Shown here one piece after another: positions 56,445 to 64,000 of a DNA stretch of 64,000 nucleotides (its first letter is position 1; each line of letters opens with the position of its first letter). The translations under genes and the position numbers were made by a program. The notes under the pieces were generated by a model that worked only from the letters and a program-made list of their open reading frames with translations, had not been told where the DNA came from and ran no database searches. The stretch is from Candidatus Anstonellaceae archaeon (GTDB lineage: Archaea > Micrarchaeota > Micrarchaeia > Anstonellales > Anstonellaceae): NCBI GenBank assembly GCA_038891055.1, contig JAWAEU010000006.1, positions 974 through 64,973 on the forward strand, read 5' to 3'.

Positions 56445-57605
56445 TTATAAGTTTAACCAAGATTTAACCTTTCTTTTTATTTGAGAGACTAGCTCTTTTT
56501 TTGAACAAATTATTAGAGTAGCTTTTTTTGCTGCACTTACTAAAAGAGAAGAGGTAAGGGGGGAGATATTTTGCAATTTTTGAATTTTTCCATTCTTATC
56601 TTCTACTTCTAAATTAATAGAAGAGGAAAAATTCTCAGGCATAATTAAAATAGCGTCGTCCAAAAATTCTCTATATAGCATCTCTTCAAGTTTGTTTTTT
56701 ATAAAATCTTTTTTTTGTTTTGATAATTTCTCCCATTCTAAAACTAAAGCTCTTTTATACAGTCTTCTTTCTAACAAACAATTTGCAAGATAAGAACAAA
56801 GTTCATTTGAACTATCCTTTAAGTAATACAAAAGTTCTAAATCTCCAAAAACTTTTAATTTTTCTAAATCTACTACCTTCTCTTTTATTGATGTTTGCAA
56901 AGCTCTCTGAAACATTGCCCTTGCTATTCTTACAGTGTGTTGATAATATACCGTGTGAAACATCAAAAATCTTGCCAAGATAGTTGATTCTGCTGCTTCA
57001 ATTCCACCTGCACTTATTATAGGTCTATCCTTCTTCCACTTTGAGCTTGAGACTACTCTCTCCCATTCGATTATTCCATAAGCTACTCCAGTATAATATG
57101 AATCTCTCAAAAGATAGTCTAATCTATCTGCTCCAACATCAAAAGAAACAATTGCTCCTACGTCGTTTCCATCTAAAAAATTAATTAGTTTTTTTTCATC
57201 TAAAGAATTTTCTTGCAACACCTCTCTAATAGGTGAATTTTTTATAAACTCTTTTGTCAAGACTTCATGGTCTAAATTTAGCTGCTTTTTTACTACCATC
57301 TCAGAGTCATGAGAAAAAGCCATATGCCCCAAATCATGGAGTAGTGCACTAAGACGTAAATATCTCCTTTTTTCTTGGTCTAGTTTTAATACTGCAGCAA
57401 ATTTTTCTGCCAAAAAAAGAGAACCAATAGAGTGCTCAAATCTACTATGCTGTGCCCCAGGGTAAACTAAATAAGTCAAACCAACTTGTTTTATATTTCT
57501 CAATCTCTGAAAAATAGGTAGATCCAGCAATTTTACTTCGTAGTCAAAGAGATCTATCTGGCCATGAATTGGATCTCTAATGGTAATTATTTTATTTTCA
57601 GCCAT
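56445..57605 (-). CDS. HD-domain phosphohydrolase (SAMHD1/dNTPase-like)
   Basis: IRDPIHG, FQRLR.IKQ.G...VYPGA.HSRFEHSIG, LLHDLGH..FSH, ADRLDYL.RD. Confidence 0.92.
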   Translation of the reverse strand: MAENKIITIRDPIHGQIDLFDYEVKLLDLPIFQRLRNIKQVGLTYLVYPGAQHSRFEHSIGSLFLAEKFAAVLKLDQEKRRYLRLSALLHDLGHMAFSHDSEMVVKKQLNLDHEVLTKEFIKNSPIREVLQENSLDEKKLINFLDGNDVGAIVSFDVGADRLDYLLRDSYYTGVAYGIIEWERVVSSSKWKKDRPIISAGGIEAAESTILARFLMFHTVYYQHTVRIARAMFQRALQTSIKEKVVDLEKLKVFGDLELLYYLKDSSNELCSYLANCLLERRLYKRALVLEWEKLSKQKKDFIKNKLEEMLYREFLDDAILIMPENFSSSINLEVEDKNGKIQKLQNISPLTSSLLVSAAKKATLIICSKKELVSQIKRKVKSWLNL

Positions 57606-57648
57606 AAAAACTCAACTATAAAAATCTATTTAATGCTTTGGATTTCAT

Positions 57649-58437
57649 TTAAACTTTTTGCCAATATCCTTTTGTTTTTTCAAAAACTAAACCATCTTCT
57701 GCTAAAAACATTAAAATAGATAGAATACCTTCCGAATTAATTTTTAGTTTTTGCTCTAAAAAGCTTATTGGGCGTGGCTCTACTAACAAATCCAATAAAT
57801 TTTGTTTATTTTTCTCAATAAATGAAGGGAGCACCAAATAAAATTTTTTATCATATCCTTTTATTGTTTTTGGCTCAAGAGAGGCTAATTTTTCTTTATT
57901 TTTTTCAAAAAAATTTTTTGCTTCAGCTAAATCTGAAAATACCAGATAACCAAATTTCTCTAAAAATTCTATTTGTTCAGAATTTGGCTTTTGTTGATAA
58001 AAAATCTTGTTTATATTATATACTCCTTGAGGATATTTGTTATGGTCTTTATAAAGTTGCACTAACCCCATTTTTATTAAAGAGTTCAATATCTCCTTTT
58101 CTTTTTGATTAAAAATTTTTTGAATATAATTTACTGTACGCTCTGAAAACTTTATTTTAGAGAGCTTTTCCAATACTGCCAGCTGTTCTTTGTTGAGATT
58201 TTCAAATTTCCCTTGCTGACTTTTTTGCTCAATTTTTTTATCGCTTGTCACTTGTGGGCTAACCTCACTAAAAATAAATGACCTAATTTTTTCATAAGAG
58301 TTTTTTGTAGTTAGTAAAAGAATATCTTTTGAGAGAAAAAAACATTCCAATTCTTCTTCTGCCTCTAAATCTTGTAAATAATCCTTTGGAAAAGATAAAA
58401 CCAAAAAATTCCCTTCTTTTTTTATTTTTATTTTCAT
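57649..58437 (-). CDS. Hypothetical protein, possibly an AbrB-like N-terminus with winged-helix domains
   Basis: KIKKEGNFLVLSFP start; C-terminal L..L.E.G.V.EK..G.W pattern. Confidence 0.55.
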   Translation of the reverse strand: MKIKIKKEGNFLVLSFPKDYLQDLEAEEELECFFLSKDILLLTTKNSYEKIRSFIFSEVSPQVTSDKKIEQKSQQGKFENLNKEQLAVLEKLSKIKFSERTVNYIQKIFNQKEKEILNSLIKMGLVQLYKDHNKYPQGVYNINKIFYQQKPNSEQIEFLEKFGYLVFSDLAEAKNFFEKNKEKLASLEPKTIKGYDKKFYLVLPSFIEKNKQNLLDLLVEPRPISFLEQKLKINSEGILSILMFLAEDGLVFEKTKGYWQKV

Positions 58438-58452
58438 ATTCTTCAACTCTTA

Positions 58453-59058
58453 TTAGAGAATTAATTTTTTTTCAGAAATTTCTCCATTTGGGCTTTCTTC
58501 GCTAAAGATCTGAGCACTAAAAGTATAAATCTTTGCTGAATTCGACAAATACATATCTGGGGGGAGTCCAGCCTTTTGGCAAACTGCTCTCAAAAAGTCT
58601 TTTGGTGAAAAACGATATTCCACTGCAACTTGAGGTAATAACAGCCCGCTTGCCCATCCATATTGTATGATCAATCCGTCGCCAGGAATTTTTATTGCCT
58701 TTTCTCTTTTTTGTGGCTCTACCTCCAAAAGCCTTGGTTCAGAGAGTACACTTACCTCAAAAATAATTTTATCTATTTCCTCTAAACTTAGAGGTTCAAA
58801 CCTAGAATCAGCAGTTGCAGCTGCTATTGCTGCTTTTACTACCCCCCTACCCAAAGGAGGTGGTGAGAGAGGATAGCCAATACAGCCCCTCAGATCATGA
58901 GCTGGGTAGGAATTAATAGTTACAAAAACACCTAAATTTTTGTCAAAGATTTCTCCCCTTAGTGGTTCTGCCTCTATAGATTTACTTAGATATAAATTAA
59001 CTGCTTCTCTGGCTTTTTTTACTAATTGTTTGCCTTGGGAAAGAGTTAAAATTTTCAT
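58453..59058 (-). CDS. AMMECR1-domain protein
   Basis: GVFVTI, LRGCIGYP, AA..DSRF.P, EVSVLS, GLLLPQVA.E, C.KAGLP. Confidence 0.93.
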   Translation of the reverse strand: MKILTLSQGKQLVKKAREAVNLYLSKSIEAEPLRGEIFDKNLGVFVTINSYPAHDLRGCIGYPLSPPPLGRGVVKAAIAAATADSRFEPLSLEEIDKIIFEVSVLSEPRLLEVEPQKREKAIKIPGDGLIIQYGWASGLLLPQVAVEYRFSPKDFLRAVCQKAGLPPDMYLSNSAKIYTFSAQIFSEESPNGEISEKKLIL

Positions 59059-59133
59059 AGATTACTTACTCAAAAAATATATAAAATACTTCCATTTAAA
59101 ACTTTTTAAACTTTTAAAACTTAATAATAAAAT

Positions 59134-59619
59134 GTGGATTTAGAAGAACAAATAATTAAAGTAAAAAAACCTACAGAAAATATTTTAAAAAATCTTGAAA
59201 AACAATATTGCCAAATAGCATCAAATTTTGGATTTTTTTTAGTCCAATCTCCACTATTTTTATGTTTTAAAAATCCAGAAGGAAAACAAATAGGAATAGA
59301 AATACAATTTGGAGGAGAAAAATCTATCGAGGAGAGTTTAAAAAAACTAAATAATTCTGGCTCTGATATATGTTTTTTAATTACTTCTTCTAAAACACCA
59401 GGACCTACTTTAAGCCAAATAAAAAATATACTAACTACAAAATTTTTTATAGCAGAAAAGAAATATTGGATTGTAGATATAGAAACCTCAAGAGCTCTAA
59501 AGGTTGGCCAAGAAGCAGAAAGATTTTTTTCTTTTGTGAGCAGGCCTGACTGGGCAAAAGCACCTCCGCCCCCAAATCCACCTCTATTTAGAAGTAAATA
59601 TAAAAATAAAAGAAAATAG
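59134..59619 (+). CDS. Hypothetical protein, possible PD-(D/E)XK-like fold
   Basis: IGIEIQFGG...I.ESLKKL...SD..FLITS pattern. Confidence 0.5.
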   Translation: MDLEEQIIKVKKPTENILKNLEKQYCQIASNFGFFLVQSPLFLCFKNPEGKQIGIEIQFGGEKSIEESLKKLNNSGSDICFLITSSKTPGPTLSQIKNILTTKFFIAEKKYWIVDIETSRALKVGQEAERFFSFVSRPDWAKAPPPPNPPLFRSKYKNKRK

Positions 59620-59747
59620 TAAAAAGAATTTAAAAATTAAAAAGAGATGTAAATAAAAAAAGAGCAATAGCCACACTTAAAAACTTTTTCTAACAAATAT
59701 AATATATAAAACAAAAAAATAGCTATTAGTAGTAGTGGAGTGAGAGC

Positions 59748-61295
59748 GTGGTTATGAATAGACTTGGAATAATTTTTATGTTATTTTTGTTTAATCTAAC
59801 CTATGGAGAAATCTTGCAGAATTTAATAAAAACCACTATGGCAGAAGATGTTTTGATTACAAAAACATGTGTAGTAGAGAGCTATGATATCATAAATCCA
59901 AATACTGGAGCAAAAAGCACAAACTATCAAACTTTACTAAATATAAAAATTAAAAATACAAGAACTATTAAACAAAAACTAATTTTAGAACAAGATAATT
60001 CATTTATACCAAACACCATAGAGGTTAAATTTAATTTAAAACCAATTTCAGCTGAAGGAAACTATTATAAATGGGACCTTGGAATGCTTGATGTAGACCA
60101 AGAAAAAGAGATAGTAATTTCTCTAAAGACTCAAATAGATTGTGAGAGATTTTTAAGAGATTATGGCACCGTAGTTAATTACACAAGGCCCTATACTAAA
60201 TTATTTACTATAGAAGGAGAAAAAACAGCTACAAAAGGAGAGCGTGTTAGTTTGTATATTAAAAATCTTGAAGGTCAACCGGCTATAAATGTGGCAGTTG
60301 TTATAAAAAAACCAAGTGGGGCAAAAGTACAATATTATACTACTAAAGAAGGAAAACTTGAATTTTTAGCAGATGAAGAAGGAACTTATTTTGTTGAATC
60401 CATAGGAACCCAAATAGGCTTAGAGGAATTGGTTAGAGTTTATGCTCTCAATAAAACAAATGAAACTATCACAAACCACTCCTCACAAACAAAAAAGCCT
60501 CAAGAATCAGGATTTTCAGCGGATTATTATAGCATTGCTGGGCTTTTTATAATTATATTAATGATTGCTGGGGCTTATTTTGTTTATAAAAAAATGTTTG
60601 AGAAAAAAGAGTATGAGGAGGTATACATCCCCCCAGCAGCAGCTCCAACCTCCACTTCTGATTTACAATACAAAAACGAATTAGAGGCTGAAACAGAAGA
60701 AAAAATAAAAAATATTGAAAAAACTCAAGAGAATGAAATTGAACAAAATGAGGAGGAAAGTGATGAGATACTTTCACTTACTAGCTCTTTAGTTGAAAAA
60801 AGAAGAAAACTTCTAAACCAAAAACAAAAAATAGAAGAATTTGTAAAAAAAGAACTTCAAACAGAGATTGGGGAGGAAGAAAAACAACAACTACAACAAA
60901 GGGAGGAAATGGGGGAAATGGAAATAGAAGAGGAAGAATTTGAGGATGAAGAAATAGACGAGGAGGCGATAAAAAAGACTATTGAGGAATTAGAACAATT
61001 GCGCCAAGAACTAAAAAGAAGACAATACGAACAGAATATGCCGCCAGAGAGTGCAATAAATTATGATGAGACCTCTCAACAAAAAATTGAAAAAATGGAG
61101 GAGGGTGCTATTTCTAAGAAAATAGAAAAAAAGGAAAAAGCAAAAAAAACAAAAAAAGAGCCTAAAGAGAGTAGTGAATATGAAGGAGAAATAGAAGATA
61201 TAGAAAAAACATTAGAAAGTCTAGTTGGTCAAAAAAAAGAACAAAAAAGTGACAAAAAAACAAAAAGAGGTAAAAAACCCAAGGCTAAAAAATAA
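59748..61295 (+). CDS. Type I membrane protein with a beta-rich ectodomain and a long acidic/charged cytoplasmic tail
   Basis: Signal peptide; Ig-like strand pattern; TM SIAGLFIIILMIAGAYFVY; E/K-rich C-terminus. Confidence 0.7.
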   Translation: MVMNRLGIIFMLFLFNLTYGEILQNLIKTTMAEDVLITKTCVVESYDIINPNTGAKSTNYQTLLNIKIKNTRTIKQKLILEQDNSFIPNTIEVKFNLKPISAEGNYYKWDLGMLDVDQEKEIVISLKTQIDCERFLRDYGTVVNYTRPYTKLFTIEGEKTATKGERVSLYIKNLEGQPAINVAVVIKKPSGAKVQYYTTKEGKLEFLADEEGTYFVESIGTQIGLEELVRVYALNKTNETITNHSSQTKKPQESGFSADYYSIAGLFIIILMIAGAYFVYKKMFEKKEYEEVYIPPAAAPTSTSDLQYKNELEAETEEKIKNIEKTQENEIEQNEEESDEILSLTSSLVEKRRKLLNQKQKIEEFVKKELQTEIGEEEKQQLQQREEMGEMEIEEEEFEDEEIDEEAIKKTIEELEQLRQELKRRQYEQNMPPESAINYDETSQQKIEKMEEGAISKKIEKKEKAKKTKKEPKESSEYEGEIEDIEKTLESLVGQKKEQKSDKKTKRGKKPKAKK

Positions 61296-61335
61296 ATGAG
61301 AGAGATAAATTTGCCTATTTTTTCCTTCATTTTTA

Positions 61336-61548
61336 CTACTTTTTATAAAGATTTTCAAAAGCCAACTTGATATCTTGATCTACTATTGTTTTTCTACCAG
61401 CATGAGTAGCATAAATCTTTGCTTGTTGAGAAATCTCCTGCCCAACCTTTTCTAATATTGTCAAAAGTTCCAAAGTAGCACTATCAGAGACCCTTTCAGC
61501 TCCAGCACTTCTAATTAACTTTTCCACTGATGCTTTTGGTAAAATCAT
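61336..61548 (-). CDS. Archaeal histone (HMf family)
   Basis: LPKA.V.KLIR..GAERVS, A.HAGRKTI...DI.LA. Confidence 0.93.
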   Translation of the reverse strand: MILPKASVEKLIRSAGAERVSDSATLELLTILEKVGQEISQQAKIYATHAGRKTIVDQDIKLAFENLYKK

Positions 61549-61598
61549 TAAATCACCTAAATTATTTTGAAATTTTAGAATTTATAATCCTTTCTTTT

Positions 61599-61627
61599 AA
61601 AAAAAAAGCCGTTTTTTTGCTTTTTTT
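61599..61627 (-). terminator. Possible terminator after cysS (A/T-armed inverted repeat with a T9 tract on the minus strand)
   Basis: AAAAAAAGC/GCTTTTTTT arms at 61601-61609 and 61619-61627, 10 bp past the cysS stop. Confidence 0.35.
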
Positions 61628-61637
61628 GGCTTTAAAA

Positions 61638-63044
61638 TCACTTTATTTTCCATATAGTGCCATTAGTACTATCTTCAACTATTATTCCTTTGTCTAAAAG
61701 TAATTTTCTAATCTGGTCTGCCCTTTCAAAATCCTTATTTAACCTGGCCTCTTGCCTTTTTTCAAGAAGGTCCTCTATCTCTTTCTTAGATATTTTTAGA
61801 GCTGGATAGGATATATATACCCCCAGTATTTCAAAAAGCTCTTTTATAGTTTTTATAGCCTCTTGCAAAACAGGATAGGAACATTTGCCAGATTCTAAAG
61901 CTTTTGAAACTTCTTTAGCCGACTCGATGAGTAGAGCACAGGCCTCTGGAGTTTGGAGGTTATTTTCCAAAAGCTCTATAAACTTCCTTTTGTTTTTTTC
62001 TATTTTTTCTAAAAAGTTTTTTTCTACTTTTTGATCAGGAGAAATTTTCAAAAATTTTTGTTCTACTAAAAAAAGAGAGTTTTTTATATTCTCGTAAGTT
62101 GCAGAAGTTCCATCTAAAGCACTAAAAGAAAAATCTAATGGAGAGGAATAATGACTTAAAGCAAAAAATAATCTTAAAACTGGCGCAGGCCATTTTTCGA
62201 GGGCTTGCTCCAAGGTTATAAAATTCCCTAAAGACTTTGACATTTTCTCTCCATTTACTACCAAAAAACCAGTGTGAAGCCAATGATAGCAAAATGGTCT
62301 ATAGCCAGCTGCATGGCTTTGTGCTATTTCATTTTCATGATGCGGGAATATTAAATCCCTTGCTCCAGCATGTAAATCAAGAGGTTTAAAATTGGTATTT
62401 TTTAAAGACATTGCAGAGCATTCGATGTGCCAGCCTGGCCTTCCCTCCCCCCATTTAGAGTAAAAGGTTGCCCCCTGGACTTTTTCAAACTTCCATAGTG
62501 CAAAATCCATGGGGTTTTTTTTATCTTCCTTTGGTTCAATTCTTGCACCACTCTTTATTTTTTCTAAATCTTGTTTAGATAGTTCTCCATAATGAGAATT
62601 GTATTTTAAAACATCAAAATAAACACCACTTTTGCTTACGTAGGCAAAGCCATTATTTATGATTTTTTCAATAAATTCTAAGATTACTAAAATATTTTCA
62701 GAAACTTTTGGCATAGAATGTGGTTGAAGAATGTTGATTTTAGATAACAACTCTCTGCTTTTAAGATCATAAAAAGAAGAGATTTCTAGTGGCATTTTAT
62801 TTAGCTCTTTCGCCCTATTTATTATCTTGTCGTCGATATCTGTAACATTTTGAATATGAAAAATTTTTTGATTGCAATATTGGAGATATCTTCTTAAAAT
62901 ATCAATAGAAGCAAAAGTGCGGGCATGGCCTATATGAGTATCATCATAAGGCGTAATACCACAAACATACATAAAAATTGTATCTGAACTATGAGGTAGT
63001 AGTGGTTTTAATTGCTCTGTGAGAGTATCATACAAATTTACCAT
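61638..63044 (-). CDS. cysS: Cysteine--tRNA ligase
   Basis: YVCGITPYD..HIGHAR, DFALWK, GRPGWHIECSAM, FPHHENE, KMSKS. Confidence 0.98.
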   Translation of the reverse strand: MVNLYDTLTEQLKPLLPHSSDTIFMYVCGITPYDDTHIGHARTFASIDILRRYLQYCNQKIFHIQNVTDIDDKIINRAKELNKMPLEISSFYDLKSRELLSKINILQPHSMPKVSENILVILEFIEKIINNGFAYVSKSGVYFDVLKYNSHYGELSKQDLEKIKSGARIEPKEDKKNPMDFALWKFEKVQGATFYSKWGEGRPGWHIECSAMSLKNTNFKPLDLHAGARDLIFPHHENEIAQSHAAGYRPFCYHWLHTGFLVVNGEKMSKSLGNFITLEQALEKWPAPVLRLFFALSHYSSPLDFSFSALDGTSATYENIKNSLFLVEQKFLKISPDQKVEKNFLEKIEKNKRKFIELLENNLQTPEACALLIESAKEVSKALESGKCSYPVLQEAIKTIKELFEILGVYISYPALKISKKEIEDLLEKRQEARLNKDFERADQIRKLLLDKGIIVEDSTNGTIWKIK

Positions 63045-63097
63045 AAAGTATTATGAAATATGAAAGAATTTATAAATTTAGTTGAAAGATAGAATTT

Positions 63098-63622
63098 ATG
63101 GCAGTAATAAAAGAAGAAAAGATAATCTGCGAAGAAAAAGAAGAAATAGAAAAATTTAGTTCGGCAGGATTTGGAAGAATTGTTGATAACAAATTAATAC
63201 TTCATCCTCTCGAGGCATGCTATTTATTTGAACTTGGATTAATAAAAATAAATCTGCCTAAAAATCAAAGTACAAAAAAACAAAATATTTTTGAATTGCT
63301 GTTGAGTTATTCTAAGGAAAAAAGAGCTATTTTAAAACCTATAGAAAGATATGCCATATACAAAGAAATTAGAAGTGTTGGAAGAGTGGTTAGATTTAAC
63401 ATTCATGATCCAAACTATTGGTTTGTATATGCACGTGGAGTTGGAAGAGAAGAAGAGAGGGCACAAATACTCCTTAATATAATTAATCCAAAAATAAAAA
63501 TTGATGTTAAGCAATTAGAAACAAAATTAGCTCTCTCAAGACAATTTAGAATGGAAATTGTGTTGGCTTTTACTAAAAACTCAAAACCACAATTTATAAA
63601 ATTATCAAAATATTCCTTTTAG
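63098..63622 (+). CDS. tRNA-splicing endonuclease-like subunit, probably non-catalytic
   Basis: FG....KL.L.P.EA.YL.E N-domain; Y.EIR..G..V; catalytic His/Lys positions substituted. Confidence 0.7.
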   Translation: MAVIKEEKIICEEKEEIEKFSSAGFGRIVDNKLILHPLEACYLFELGLIKINLPKNQSTKKQNIFELLLSYSKEKRAILKPIERYAIYKEIRSVGRVVRFNIHDPNYWFVYARGVGREEERAQILLNIINPKIKIDVKQLETKLALSRQFRMEIVLAFTKNSKPQFIKLSKYSF

Positions 63623-64000
63623 CTATAACTTACTAAATTCGCGATATTTTTGCCACACTTCCATAACTTTTTTTTGTGTGATTGGCCTGTGGATATTTCT
63701 ATGCTCCAGTAGAGCTCCAGAAAAAGTTTTTGGAATGTGAAGTAATTCGTGGATTAGAACCTGCTCTTTTTTTTCTTCTGACAAATTATCAAAATTTTCT
63801 GATAAAACTTCAATTACATAAAAGGTGCCAATATTAAGAGCTTTTTGCCAAATTCTTGGAAATGCCCAGATTCTTGCATATGCTCTTGCTTTTGAATTGA
63901 ATGACCGCATGCAAATTATTCTATTTGCATCAAGATGCTTATATTCCGAGCTAGAGTTTAGGAAAGAAATAATTTTTTCTATTTTTTGCTGGACATCAGG
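63623..64000 (-). CDS. Putative metallopeptidase-domain protein (5' end outside the window)
   Basis: Frame is open to the window end (PDVQQKIEKII...); RAYARIW and VLIHELLHIP (HExxH). Confidence 0.75.
   Translation of the reverse strand, partial: PDVQQKIEKIISFLNSSSEYKHLDANRIICMRSFNSKARAYARIWAFPRIWQKALNIGTFYVIEVLSENFDNLSEEKKEQVLIHELLHIPKTFSGALLEHRNIHRPITQKKVMEVWQKYREFSKL

Noticed and set aside
1316-60777. Numerous 60-120 aa ORFs nested in or antisense to long genes (e.g. 1316-1546, 5208-5462, 10827-11093, 13500-13844, 18264-18629, 47364-47690)
   Set aside because: They are shadow frames of well-supported genes, with no motifs or ribosome-binding context.

Overview
A 64-kb, very AT-rich window of an archaeal chromosome. 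The DPANN assignment (most likely Micrarchaeota-like) is inferred from the gene mix and divergence and was not computed. Housekeeping genes: RNase HII, GGGP synthase, Pth2, GlmS, both PolD subunits, NMD3, the proteasome-alpha/Sdo1/exosome/L37Ae/RpoP/Brix/Pcc1/prefoldin superoperon, an RPA-like protein, Sec61beta, a histone, CysRS and an intron-containing tRNA-His. RpoP and Sec61beta were missed by the ORF track and translated by hand. The standout is a 17.8-kb minus-strand operon (21345-39106). It holds six tandem paralogous polytopic membrane proteins sharing three recognisable motifs, two of them carrying very large extracellular domains, flanked by a 1324-aa Cys-rich lipoprotein and a signal-peptide/TM protein. 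This is a candidate VirB6/CedA-like envelope channel or host-contact machine, with no ATPase in the window. Other unusual items: a cluster of seven class-III-signal (type IV pilin-like) genes; an MntR/DtxR-like regulator that has lost its metal ligands, facing palindromic operators and a Cys/His-rich two-gene operon; a lipoprotein with 12 four-cysteine repeats; a possible beta-barrel-like secreted protein; a catalytically degenerate TrpC; a non-catalytic EndA-like subunit; a Zn-free L37Ae; and a 37-aa hyperacidic peptide. No CRISPR array, rRNA, transposase or integrase was seen. All family calls are by eye from motifs, with no database searches.
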